The position numbers were made by a program, and so were the translations under genes. Under the pieces are notes generated by a model. The model was not told the DNA's origin. It made no database searches and worked only from the letters and a program-made list of their open reading frames with translations. 64,000 nucleotides of DNA from Candidatus Dadabacteria bacterium (lineage in GTDB: Bacteria > Desulfobacterota_D > UBA1144 > Nemesobacterales > CSP1-2), in NCBI GenBank assembly GCA_040289575.1, contig PSLL01000003.1:35739-99738 (forward strand), read 5' to 3'. This document shows, piece after piece, positions 9,304-19,334 of this stretch; position 1 is the first letter of the stretch, and each line of letters begins with the position of its first letter.

Positions 9304-9990
9304 TCACTTCGAATAAATAATATCCCTCCTCTTTTCACCACAATTGAGCAACATATCAAGCGTAGACAGGTTATGTATAAACCCTCCCCATAACTGAGGA
9401 TAGACAGGCGGATGAAATCTAGAAAACTCGATTTGAATTCCTGATTGATTCATTAGAACCGTGTCTAGGTGTTTTTCTACAATGGGAAAAGTCAAGTAGG
9501 TATCAGCCTGTAGGTGTTTGCAAATATTGATGATTAACTCAATACCATTTCCAGTGACTCCTAGTTCGGATTGTAGATATAATTTGTTTTTAAGCACGAG
9601 TGCATCCCAAAGGAATTTTATGATATTGAGATTCAGTTCAATTAGCAGACGATTATTTCCTCTATAAATAGACTCCAGGATGGGGAAATATTCCCGCAGA
9701 TATGGAGCATTGGTATAACTCTGACGAATGCTTTGCAGGTGCTTTCTTTGCCAGTCTGTTTCATTGCATATCTCGACCTTCCGAATTATCTGAAGTCCGC
9801 GCCCCTTTTTCCAAACAGGCACAGTCAACCACATCTCCCCCTGCTCATTTTTCAGGCGATTTCGATTAACCCAGCCACGACCTTGGGGGAACTGCACGTC
9901 ATCAAGTAAAACCATGCAGTCAGCCTTCATAGCCTTAAAGAAGAATCCAGGCCAGGGTAAAAAGATGGGCTGGTGTGTTGCGACTATCAT
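9304..9990 (-). CDS. WbqC-family protein
   Basis: HQPIFLPWPGFF.K, LDDVQF, W.NRNR, WLTVPV, YPQLWGGF...LSTLDMLLN.G. Confidence 0.9.
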   Translation of the reverse strand: MIVATHQPIFLPWPGFFFKAMKADCMVLLDDVQFPQGRGWVNRNRLKNEQGEMWLTVPVWKKGRGLQIIRKVEICNETDWQRKHLQSIRQSYTNAPYLREYFPILESIYRGNNRLLIELNLNIIKFLWDALVLKNKLYLQSELGVTGNGIELIINICKHLQADTYLTFPIVEKHLDTVLMNQSGIQIEFSRFHPPVYPQLWGGFIHNLSTLDMLLNCGEKRRDIIYSK

Positions 9991-10163
9991 GGTTTACTCT
10001 TAATCTTAATTTGTCGCACAATTATTGATTAGGGAGACACCTTAGATTATACTCCAAAGAGAGAAGACACAAGGATTTCCGTATAACATAATATCCGTTT
10101 CCATTCTTCGATTTTGCATTTACACTATAGTTAGTATAGCGATTATAAACAAGGAGCTGTCGC

Positions 10164-10788
10164 GTGTCGGTACGGATTGATGTTTGGTCAGATTTTGTTT
10201 GCCCCTTCTGCTTTCTCATTGTCCCTGGCTTGGAGGAACTCCAGGGAAATTATGACATCAGCATTTGCTGGCGTGCATTCCTGCTCCGTCCGCCAGGCAC
10301 TCCGCCTATATCTGCCCAGAGGCAGGCCATGATTGAAGCAGAGCGTAAACACGTTAAACACTTAGCACGCACGCGGTATGGCCTTGAACTCAATCCCGGT
10401 CCTATCGGCATCAATACACTTACCGCTCATATTGCTGTCAAATACGCCGAGGCCCACGCAAAAGGGAATGCCTTTCATTCTGCTGTTATGAAAGCCTTCT
10501 GGCAGGAAGCGCGCTTGATAGACGATAAGGAAGTACTAAAGGGTATCGCTTCTCAGGTTGACCTAAATGGCGAGGACATTGCAACCGCCTGGAGGGATTC
10601 TACATTTGCCTCCGCTGTTGGTACCGATATAAATCTGGCTTCGACATACGGAATACGCAGCGTCCCTACACTCTTTTTTGATGAGAGGTACTTGGTGATC
10701 GGTGCCCCAGCCGTATCAAGTGCTTAAGCGGGTCATGGACAAGTTACAAGAAGAAAGTAGCAACCGCATAGAAAATCGGGAGGTATGA
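10164..10788 (+). CDS. DsbA/FrnE-like thiol-disulfide isomerase with a frameshift near the 3' end
   Basis: WSDFVCPFC, GIRSVPT. The conserved GAQP motif is split at GGTGCCCCAG (~10701-10710); the other frame continues QPYQVLKRVMDKLQEE to TGA at 10786-10788. Confidence 0.8.
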
Positions 10789-10792
10789 GTAA

Positions 10793-11098
10793 ATGAAGGT
10801 AAATACTGAGAGTGTTGTAGTTGAGAATAATGAATCCGCAAAGCGGTTCGAAGCGTGTGTGGATGGGAATATAGCGTTTCTCCAGTACTACTATTTCAAA
10901 GGTAGCATTGTACTTGCCCATACCGAAGTACCCTCTGTGCTCGAAGGACAGGGGCTTGGGGGTAAGCTGGCTCGCACGGCGCTTGATTATGCTCAGGCTC
11001 ATAAACTCACAGTAATCCCGCTCTGCCCATTTGTGGCAAGCTATATACATAAACACCCTGAGTATCAACCACTTGTTCACCCTGAGCACGGCGAGTGA
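10793..11098 (+). CDS. Small GNAT acetyltransferase (YjdJ-like)
   Basis: HTEVP..LEGQGLG.KL, VIPLCPFVASYI.KHPEY. Confidence 0.92.
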   Translation: MKVNTESVVVENNESAKRFEACVDGNIAFLQYYYFKGSIVLAHTEVPSVLEGQGLGGKLARTALDYAQAHKLTVIPLCPFVASYIHKHPEYQPLVHPEHGE

Positions 11099-11201
11099 GC
11101 GTTATCCAGTCTTTAATAACTTTAAACGGCCCCGTGATTTTTATTCAATAAATGCAGAAACTTATCTTGTGCTGTAACTGAACATCCCTATAATAATAGG
11201 G

Positions 11202-12479
11202 ATGCGTATTACACCTGCCCGATTTTTCATAAGCTGTCTCATTATTTTGATGGTCTCTTGTGGAAGGACTCCTATTAAGCATGCCCACCAGGCCATGCGG
11301 TTGACCAAACCGCCTGAAACCATTATTGATGATCTTCCGCTAGATCAATTGGCAGGTGGCATGGAAGAGAACATAGAGCAGTTAAATAAATTAAATATTC
11401 AATCACTGACTTTCGGACCCAGGGTCGTCTTAAAGGATGATTATGTTTTGGCTCTTAACTATCTTGTATATCAGATTAAATCGGGCGTCTCGAGAGCCCA
11501 TTTTATCGAAACCGTGGTTAACAACTTTGATTTTTACGAGGTCTACGGAAAGGATAAGTGGGGTGAGGTTTTAATAACCTCCTATTTTCATCCGATCATA
11601 CCGGGGTCAAGAACAAAAACACCCAGGTATTCTCAAGCCCTCTATTCTATTCCGCCCGATTTGGTAAATATACGTCTGGATGAATTTGTTAAGTCTGTTG
11701 AAACACTCTCTCCGATTAAAGATCAAGTGCTTGACCAGACATCCCGAATTGGTGTCTTGCAGGGACGTTTGGTTACATCTGAGTCGGGGGGTGCGGTAGT
11801 ATTGCCCTATTACACACGAGAAGAAATTGATAGCCAGCAAGTGTTGAAGGGAAGGAATTTGGAGTTAGCTTGGGTGGACCCAATTGATGCGTTCTTTCTG
11901 CATATTCAGGGATCGGGAACGGTGGTATTCGAGGACGGTAAAGGGATTTCATTAGGATATGCCGCTAAAAATGGGTATCCTTTCGTTCCAATTGGTAGGT
12001 ATTTATTGGATGTAATTCCCCGGGGAAGAATGAGCATGCAGGCTATAGAGGGCTATTTGCGCCAATTGCCTGAAGATGAGATGAGAAAGATTTTATATAA
12101 AAATCCGAGCTATGTTTTCTTTCAGGAATTGAAAGGAAAACCGGTTACCACTCTAGGTACAGAGGTGGTGGATGGGCGGACAATCGCTACGGATCAGGGC
12201 TTTTTCCCCAAGGGGGCCCTGGCGTACATGGAATTTCCAAAGCCCGTGTTTGCGGATGGAACCTCAATTGAACCTGTGGGATGGAAGACGACTTCTCGAT
12301 TTGTTCTGGATCAGGATACAGGAGGGGCTATACGCGGCCCCTATCGTGTGGATCTCTATTGGGGAAGTGGGAAAGAGGCCGCCAGGTACGCGGGGGTTAT
12401 GAAGGAAAAGGGTCGTTTGTATTATCTGGTTCCTAAGGCTGAGTTTTTGCAAGGGCTTTTAAAAGGTCGGGGTTTATGA
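11202..12479 (+). CDS. mltA: Membrane-bound lytic murein transglycosylase A
   Basis: Lipobox MVSC, TSYFHP, FFLHIQGSG, NPSYVFF and the 3D-domain DQDTGGAIRG...VDLYWG. Confidence 0.93.
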   Translation: MRITPARFFISCLIILMVSCGRTPIKHAHQAMRLTKPPETIIDDLPLDQLAGGMEENIEQLNKLNIQSLTFGPRVVLKDDYVLALNYLVYQIKSGVSRAHFIETVVNNFDFYEVYGKDKWGEVLITSYFHPIIPGSRTKTPRYSQALYSIPPDLVNIRLDEFVKSVETLSPIKDQVLDQTSRIGVLQGRLVTSESGGAVVLPYYTREEIDSQQVLKGRNLELAWVDPIDAFFLHIQGSGTVVFEDGKGISLGYAAKNGYPFVPIGRYLLDVIPRGRMSMQAIEGYLRQLPEDEMRKILYKNPSYVFFQELKGKPVTTLGTEVVDGRTIATDQGFFPKGALAYMEFPKPVFADGTSIEPVGWKTTSRFVLDQDTGGAIRGPYRVDLYWGSGKEAARYAGVMKEKGRLYYLVPKAEFLQGLLKGRGL

Positions 12480-12553
12480 GGCTCTTGGTAGACAGATAAT
12501 TTATAACTTCCATCTTTACTTATAATAATTTTTCGACACTAGGAGAGGCATCT

Positions 12554-12830
12554 GTGATAAATTCAGATGTTATAGGGTGGATAGCCTTTTCTATCATGGT
12601 AATCTACACATGCATCGGGCTGCCCATTTAGGTACGCAAGAACTATGTGAAGAAATCCACGGCGGGACTCTCTTTTTTATGATGGTCGTGTTGTTCTTCA
12701 CCTTTTCAATCTGGATAACGTATGGGCTAGTAAGGTCTCCGAAAGATTGGTACATTATTGGCTCTAATATCCCAGGCATGGGCTGCATCTTTATCATTTT
12801 ATGTTAGTTCTGGATTTACCGTTTTAGTTT
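12554..12830 (+). pseudogene. SemiSWEET / PQ-loop family transporter, disrupted
   Basis: AGGAGAGG RBS, GTG 12554: VINSDVIGWIAF...IGLPI*VRKNYVKKSTAGLS, then a frameshift to ...IWITYGL...YIIGSN...ILC*FWIY. TAG at 12629 falls at the expected PQ glutamine. End is approximate. Confidence 0.75.
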
Positions 12831-12850
12831 TAGAAGGAGAGAAATAACAG

Positions 12851-13216
12851 ATGAAAACACTCGACGACATTCGTCAGGATAAGGCACTGCAATCCCAAAT
12901 CTACTGGGACATGAAGCCGCGGGAGAGGATACGGCGAACGGAAACTGAAACCCAGGGAGAGGCGGAACAAATTACAAAACAACTCCAAGACAGGGTCGGA
13001 TACTATTTCTACATAGATGTCCGAAACCTCCAACCCGCTCTTTATCTATACGAAAATTACCCTGATGGCTCTGGCAGATTCGTTGCAGAAATAACAGAGA
13101 TTCCCGAACAGATGCTTCGCGAAGCAGTCCGAGAAGCCGGCGGGGGAATAGAGACTGATGGTCGCTATCCTATAGACGACTCGATAAAGGCATGGCTGAG
13201 AAATCAGCTGGCTTAG
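12851..13216 (+). CDS. Hypothetical protein, possibly DVU0772-like
   Basis: AAGGAG RBS and an intact 121-aa ORF. The IYWDMKP, YFYID and IKAWLRNQL pattern recalls the DVU0772 family. Confidence 0.6.
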   Translation: MKTLDDIRQDKALQSQIYWDMKPRERIRRTETETQGEAEQITKQLQDRVGYYFYIDVRNLQPALYLYENYPDGSGRFVAEITEIPEQMLREAVREAGGGIETDGRYPIDDSIKAWLRNQLA

Positions 13217-13240
13217 TAATATCTTAAAAAGGAGAACGAG

Positions 13241-14256
13241 ATGTCTAAAGAACTAGATTCTTCACGTATCTTAGATGTAGGATTGGGGTTCTGGCAATCC
13301 AGAACCCTACTTAGTGCAGTAGAATTGGGGGGTACTCTACTCGGAAAGAAATCCATGAGGGGTGAGGATATTGGAAATGAGATCGGACTAGGTCCAGGGG
13401 TATCTGGGACTTTATTGATGGGCTTGTTGCCCTTGGTTTTTTAGAGCGGGAAGGCGTGGCGTCGATGGAAGGTATTCTAATACTGAATTAACATCGGTTT
13501 ACCTTGATAAAAACAGTCCAAATTATATCGGCGGCATGCTGGGGATGGCAGGTACTCGCCTATATCGCTACTGGGGCGATCTCACCGAAGCCCTGAGGAC
13601 GGGGAAACCGCAGAATGAAAGTAGGCATAACGAAGAACCCATTTTTGATGTTCTGTACAGGGATCCTGTTAAGCTCGAGGGGTTTATGAGGGCTATGGCG
13701 GGACTATCCGCCAGAAACTTTGAATCATTTGTAGAGAGGTTCGATTTCTCAATGTATAAAACCCTCTGTGATATAGGTGAGGCAACGAGTCAGCTCTCAA
13801 TACTCGTTGCAAAAGCTAATCCGCATATGCGATGTATCTCATTCGATCTCCCGGTAGCCCATTGCTAAAAGATATATACAGGATTCCGGTGTTGCCGACT
13901 GTGTAAAGACTGCATCTGGAGATTTCTTCCAGGATCCGCTGCCCAATGCCGATATTATAACAATGAGCATGATACTCCATGACTGGAACCTGGAGAAGAA
14001 GATGCATCTTATAAGGGCGGCGTATGCGGCGTTTCCAGAAGGTGGGGCGTTCGTAGCCATTGAGAATATTATAGATGATGCCAGGCGTAAAAACGTATTC
14101 GGTCTTATGATGTCTCTTAACATGCTGATTGAATTCGGCGATGCATTTGATTTTACAGGTGCGGATTTTTCAAAGTGGTGTAAAGCGGTGGGGTTTAAGG
14201 ACACCCAGATTTTACCGCTAGGCGGACCGGCAAGCGCTGCAATTGCTTATAAATAA
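13241..14256 (+). pseudogene. Class I SAM-dependent O-methyltransferase (dimerisation + methyltransf_2), several frameshifts
   Basis: Fragments GFWQSRTLLSAVELG, WGDLTEALRTGKPQNE, TLCDIGEA, FDLP, GDFF.DPLP.AD, ILHDWN and MSLNMLIEFGDAFDFT lie in different frames. Confidence 0.9.
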
Positions 14257-14294
14257 TGGGATGGAATGTAACCTTCATTTTTAACTAGACAATT

Positions 14295-14828
14295 CCCTAT
14301 AGCAAGCTACAGGGTTAGCTTATTGTAGTAATCTGTATGTGTGGGAAAAGAAGCGGATGTAAGGAAAGGGTATCATTGTGCATGGCATATACATTATCAC
14401 ATAGTATTTCCAGTGAAATACAGGAAGGCATTGTTAGATAAAGAGGTTGTACAGATAATAAAGGAAACAGCACTTGGGATACAAGAGCGTTATGCAATAG
14501 AGATTGAAGCAATGGGAATGGACAAGGGCAATATTCATATACTTTGTGGAGCACATCCGAAAGTATCAGCCGGACAGATAGTGCAGACATTCAAAAGCAT
14601 AACAGGACAAGAGATATTCAAGCGCAAGCCGGGGCGGTAAAGCGGGAATTATGGGGAGGGGAGTTTTGGACAGATGGGTATTATACAGATGGGTATTATT
14701 ATGTAGCCACGGTTGGGAGAGAGAGCAAACTGGGCAACAGTGGAAAAATACATACAAGAGCAAGGAAAGCCTAAAGAGGAATTGAAACAGCTAGAGTTGT
14801 TTTAGATACCTTGCAGCTTGCTGCAGGG
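14295..14828 (+). mobile_element. IS200/IS605-family element (tnpA only) with terminal hairpins
   Basis: Hairpin CCCTATAGCAAGCTACAGGG (14295-14314) and the related inverted hairpin CCTTGCAGCTTGCTGCAGGG (14809-14828) flank a Y1 transposase. Confidence 0.88.
14341..14805 (+). pseudogene. tnpA: IS200 Y1 transposase TnpA, inactivated
   Basis: HYHIVFPVKYRK, GNIHIL (HUH first His lost), FKSIT, LWGGEFWTDGYY, KYIQEQG. Frameshifts near 14635 and 14725, and a 15-bp duplication. Confidence 0.9.
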
Positions 14829-14889
14829 AGTTTCATTGCATTTTATTAATAGCAGATTCCATTTTTATTCTATGATCCCCCTAGCTACG

Positions 14890-15548
14890 TCACCCACTCT
14901 GTCCCCACACTCTCCTAATTCACGATATTGTCTCACGAAGAGGTTCAATAAACCCGTATGTGTCGAAGTGGGTTACGCCTTCTACAATCTTAAGCCCTAC
15001 ATCTGCATTTCTCTTCCTGAGAAGTTCTACGGCTTTTACCGTGTATTCAATGGGGAATATCTCATCNNNNNNNNNNNNNNNNNNNNNNNNNNNNNNNNNN
15101 NNNNNNNNNNNNNNNNNNNNNNNNNNNNNNNNNGCGGGGATGGGCAACACTCCTGCGAATTCATTCTGATTCCTTGCCGCAATATACCATGTCCCAATCC
15201 CGCCAAAGCTGTATCCGACAATGAGGGTCTTGCCCTTTTTGATTTCATATTGATCCAGAAGCCGCCTGTGCAAATCCATAACATAAGCCTCACTTACCAG
15301 ATCATCCCAACGGTCTGAAGGGCAATCGGGCGAGACGATAATCGCTCCCAAATCACCGAATGCAGGTATTCCAAGACCGGATAAAATCTCCCACCCTTTA
15401 AAAGGATAAAACGGCCCTTTCCAGTGAAGCAGCATTATCAATGTCGGTTCTTTATCTTCAGTTGAAATCTCAGGGATGTAGATTGTATAGCGTCTATCGT
15501 CGGAAAAGATTTGTTTATATACGCTCGGTTTTTTATAGGCTGATTCAT
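14890..15548 (-). pseudogene. Alpha/beta hydrolase (carboxylesterase/peptidase-like), disrupted and spanning an N gap
   Basis: GYSFGG nucleophile elbow, DEIFP, GVTH. The start ATG at 15548 is out of frame by one base in an A6 run; TGA at 14920-14922 precedes IRRVWG. Confidence 0.7.
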
Positions 15549-15549
15549 C

Positions 15550-17034
15550 TCATACACCCACGAACATTTCTTTGTGATGTCGGTACCAGTCGCTCTGGAA
15601 TCGTTCTTCGGGATCGTATTTCTTCTTTAGCTGAAGGAATTCCGGAAACTGAGAATAACAGGCTTTGACCTGCCTGGATGTGGCAAATTTGTGGTTCGTA
15701 AGATAGTAGCTTCCTCCATGCCGAATCGCCATGTCTATAAGACGGCGGTATGCCTGAAGGGTTTGTTCCACACCCTCAGGGCTATGTACGGTGTGGACAT
15801 TAAAGCTCATCCGCCCCCAGGGCTTCCTTGCGTAGGCTAAAAAGCTCTCATCATCCCGCTGTATTATTCCGATATCTCCAAAGATCAAATTCACACGGTT
15901 CCTGCGGAAATCTTCGCGGACTTCATCTATAAAATTTATAAGCGCTTCCTTTGGAACATAGACCTCAGTTGTAATGTCGGATGCCTCAGGGGTGTGAAGC
16001 ATCCGGTCAAGTATATGGTGGTAGCCTTTAATGTATAATCCCATCTGATGTGTGTCCGACCAAGAGAGATTGCCGGAGGTTGAAATATAGTGGCTGGATA
16101 CCTTCTGGAAGTATTGCCCTTTGTCGGCATGAGCCAGATAGCGGAGGTTTATCCATTCCTCATTAGAGGGCTGCTCTTCGTAGTTGGGCACCGGCTTTGC
16201 TGTATCCACCGGGCGGTAGCACACGAATATTCCCTTCCTAAGGAAGTCATCCGATTCCGGATTGGCGTTGTAGAGAAAGGTGCCGTAAGTAAACCCGTCT
16301 GCGATGCGCTTTTCGTAGGCTTGCATCAAATTCTCTACACCTATAATCTCGGCAACGCGCTCGACCTTTTGCCGGGGAACCAGGCGCATTGTAACGGAGT
16401 AAATAATCCCGAACAAACCGTAGCCGCCAATGGCGAGTCGAAAGAGTTCTGTATTCTCTTGTCTGCTGCATCTTTGTTCATTCCCATAGGCGTCAATCAT
16501 TACAAAGGACTCGACATCCTGAATAAAAGGCTTCATCCTGAGTCCCTGTCCGTGCACATTGGAGCCAAGGCTCCCGCCGATAGAAAGCCAATCGGCCGTC
16601 TGCTTTTGGGCGATTCCCCACTGATTTGACCGACCCTCTTGTGTATTGAGCAGGTAGCCGATAATTAAAGGCCACTGTATACCGGATTCGACCTCGATAG
16701 TGCCCTTTTCAGGATTGAAATTGATTACGCGGCTCATTGCCGTTGTATCAATTAAGATTCCGCCGGTTGCAAACTGCTGCGCCCCCATCGCATGACGGGC
16801 GCCGGCGATACAAATTACTTTTCCTTCACGACGCGCACTGCGTATGGTTTCATAAACTCCATCAATGGAATTTGGATAAACGATGCGGTCTACAATAGTC
16901 GAGTTAAGCTCTGTGTGAACATCATTGACTAAAACCCCTTTGGGTTTTGTTATCTGGCGCGCGCAGCCGGTGGGCAATATGCCGATAATTCCGGGCACCC
17001 CTAAAACCGTCTTCAAAAAATCCCTTCGGTTCAA
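15550..17034 (-). CDS. Tat-exported FAD-linked oxidoreductase (VAO/PCMH, ALO/DprE1-like)
   Basis: RRDFLK twin-arginine motif, LPTGC lipobox-like, GARHAMG, SIGGSLGSNVHG, GGYGLFGII and KKKYDPEERFQS. Confidence 0.9.
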   Translation of the reverse strand: MNRRDFLKTVLGVPGIIGILPTGCARQITKPKGVLVNDVHTELNSTIVDRIVYPNSIDGVYETIRSARREGKVICIAGARHAMGAQQFATGGILIDTTAMSRVINFNPEKGTIEVESGIQWPLIIGYLLNTQEGRSNQWGIAQKQTADWLSIGGSLGSNVHGQGLRMKPFIQDVESFVMIDAYGNEQRCSRQENTELFRLAIGGYGLFGIIYSVTMRLVPRQKVERVAEIIGVENLMQAYEKRIADGFTYGTFLYNANPESDDFLRKGIFVCYRPVDTAKPVPNYEEQPSNEEWINLRYLAHADKGQYFQKVSSHYISTSGNLSWSDTHQMGLYIKGYHHILDRMLHTPEASDITTEVYVPKEALINFIDEVREDFRRNRVNLIFGDIGIIQRDDESFLAYARKPWGRMSFNVHTVHSPEGVEQTLQAYRRLIDMAIRHGGSYYLTNHKFATSRQVKACYSQFPEFLQLKKKYDPEERFQSDWYRHHKEMFVGV

Positions 17035-17052
17035 TGCAGCCTCACTATCTCC

Positions 17053-17451
17053 CTATTTATTTCCGTTTTCTTTATAGGGGATGTCTTTAAGTTCGACGAT
17101 ATAACCATGAATCTCGTTGTTCCCGATGTTCTCTACGGTGTGCTTCACCGGACCTACCCATAGTGCTTCACCTTGTTTTCCCTCAATCTCTACGGCTTTG
17201 CCATTGGGATAGCCGATTCTGACCTTAGTAGGAGTCAATTCGATGTGAACAGTAGCAGGATGGGTATGCATTTCCTGTTTGTCGCCGGGTTTCATCCTAA
17301 ATTCGAGAACCCTTATGTGCTCATTTTCCAGAAGGACTTTGAACTGCTCAGGTGCCACCTTCACCACATCCTGGGCTACTGTTGCCTTAGTGACGAAGAA
17401 CAACATCAGTAGAGCCATCACGCCAATAATAGGATAGTATGAGTTTCTCAT
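17053..17451 (-). CDS. Secreted cupin-domain protein
   Basis: Signal peptide (VAQD), LLENEHIRVL, PGD...MHTHP, HTVENIG and VELK. Confidence 0.88.
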   Translation of the reverse strand: MRNSYYPIIGVMALLMLFFVTKATVAQDVVKVAPEQFKVLLENEHIRVLEFRMKPGDKQEMHTHPATVHIELTPTKVRIGYPNGKAVEIEGKQGEALWVGPVKHTVENIGNNEIHGYIVELKDIPYKENGNK

Positions 17452-17608
17452 TATTGATTCCCCCCTTTATTTTTCTTATTTTTAGAGGACCTTTTGGTAT
17501 AATCCTTTTATATCATAAAGGCTTACATTTCGCAATTTGTAAATCACTGAGAAAGGAGAAATTGCAATGGTGTTTTTTGAGGTATAATCTCACATATTTT
17601 CCCCTTCG

Positions 17609-18307
17609 GTGAAAAACTCCTTGAATCGTTTTCTCGGCATATTAAGAAAATTCATCCTTTATTTTCTTGCCGTGACAATTGGCTGGGTTATTATTTACCG
17701 ATTTGTTAATCCTCCCATTACACTGCTGATGGTTATACGGTATTTTGAGAGTAGCAGCGGAAATAAATCAATTAATAAAAAATGGAAGGATTATGAATAT
17801 ATTTCCGAGAATATGGCATTGGCGATAATCGCCCCGGAAGACCAGAACTTTTTCGAACACCATGGTTTTGATATAGAAGCCATTGAAAAAGCACTTCATA
17901 GAAATAAGAGGGTTAAAAGGATTAGCGGGGCAAGCACCATAAGTCAGCAGGTGGCAAAAAATGTATTTCTATGGTCATCAAGGACTTGGCTGAGGAAGGG
18001 GCTTGAGGCTTATTTCACGCTTTTAATTGAGACATTCTGGGGTAAGAAGCGAATACTTGAGGTCTATATGAATGTAGCTGAGATGAGTGATGGAATATAC
18101 GGCGCGGAGGCGGCCGCACAGGTATATTTTAAAAAACCTGCTATAGGTCTGACCAAAGAAGAGACCGCACTAATAGCGGCTGTATTGCCGGCCCCAAGGG
18201 CATTGTCTCCTGCAAAGCCATCGGCATATTTATATAAAAGACAAGAGTGGATAATAGAGCAAATGAATAATTTGGTTAGCATCAAATTCTTAAGTGAAAG
18301 TGAATAG
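17609..18307 (+). CDS. mtgA: Monofunctional peptidoglycan transglycosylase
   Basis: EDQNFFEHHGFD, GASTISQQVAKNVFLW, RKGLEA, KKRILEVYMN. Confidence 0.93.
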   Translation: MKNSLNRFLGILRKFILYFLAVTIGWVIIYRFVNPPITLLMVIRYFESSSGNKSINKKWKDYEYISENMALAIIAPEDQNFFEHHGFDIEAIEKALHRNKRVKRISGASTISQQVAKNVFLWSSRTWLRKGLEAYFTLLIETFWGKKRILEVYMNVAEMSDGIYGAEAAAQVYFKKPAIGLTKEETALIAAVLPAPRALSPAKPSAYLYKRQEWIIEQMNNLVSIKFLSESE

Positions 18308-18344
18308 ACCGGGGTTCTAAATGGGTGGATGACACAGGGTTTAA

Positions 18345-18767
18345 ATGGCATCGGCAATCTCTCACGCGTTTTTCGGACTTGCTTTGGGAAGGATATATAC
18401 AGGCAGAGGGATGCCACTCCGCTTTTGGGTCTTATCTGCGGCGTGCTCGGCCCTACCGGATGTGGATGTTATAGGATTCAGTTTTGGCATCAAATACGGC
18501 GACCTTTTAGGGCACCGCGGATTCACACGTTCCCTTTTATTTGCCCTAATCCTGGGCTGTTTTGTCGTATTGGTTTTTTTTAACGGATTTAAGGATGTAA
18601 GCAGACGGGCGTTGATTGCCTATTTTCCCCTTGTAACTGCTTCACACGGGATGCTTGATGCGATGACTGATGGCGGATTGGGAGTGGCGTTCTTCTCTCC
18701 ATTCAAAAATACGCGGTATTTCTTTAAAACGGGGTATGAGATAATTCGGATTGACCTCTGGCTATGA
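18345..18767 (+). CDS. YdjM-like membrane metal-dependent hydrolase, probably 3'-truncated
   Basis: MASAISH, LPDVD, GHRGFTRS (second His replaced), SHGMLDAMTDGGLG, RYFF. It ends soon after RYFF. Confidence 0.75.
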   Translation: MASAISHAFFGLALGRIYTGRGMPLRFWVLSAACSALPDVDVIGFSFGIKYGDLLGHRGFTRSLLFALILGCFVVLVFFNGFKDVSRRALIAYFPLVTASHGMLDAMTDGGLGVAFFSPFKNTRYFFKTGYEIIRIDLWL

Positions 18768-18886
18768 CTAGAAGCGGTCTCATAAAGATAGCCAACCCGT
18801 TTTTGTAGGGGCAAATATAAGATTCGCCAGCCTGTCCTGAGTATAGTCGCTCCGCCGCTTATACAGGCTTCGGTCTGCCAATATGA

Positions 18887-19234
18887 TTAAAGCAGGTTAT
18901 ATATGAGCACAAATATATAGGGTAAATTGGGCATAGTTCTCTGTAGTTCTAATCTTGCTTCCATTGTGCTGACGCTGGGGGTAAGAAATGAGTTGTAATG
19001 CTCCGCTACGCGCACGAACTCCTTAAAATTAATTATTGCTGGTTTGTGGACTGTAAGGGGGCGGACATTTTTCTTGGCTCCCTCAATTTTGATGTTTTCT
19101 CCATCTAAGGTGGCAAGAAACCATCTTTCAGAATCGGGTAGGGGTAATTCAATTCCATCTCCAATCTTTGACCTCAGTTCATTCCACTCTCTTTCCTTGC
19201 TCTCGCTAAAGTCTATTTTTCTATCTAGTAACAT
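18887..19234 (-). CDS. Hypothetical protein
   Basis: Intact 115-aa ORF with an AAGGAG RBS. No motif recognised. Confidence 0.7.
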   Translation of the reverse strand: MLLDRKIDFSESKEREWNELRSKIGDGIELPLPDSERWFLATLDGENIKIEGAKKNVRPLTVHKPAIINFKEFVRVAEHYNSFLTPSVSTMEARLELQRTMPNLPYIFVLIYNLL

Positions 19235-19334
19235 TGTTACTCGTCTCCTTTATATTCTTAAAATATAACATAGATTTGATATGACTTTTCAAGAGGGACG
19301 ACATGCACAATGTTAATCATACTCGACGATTATC

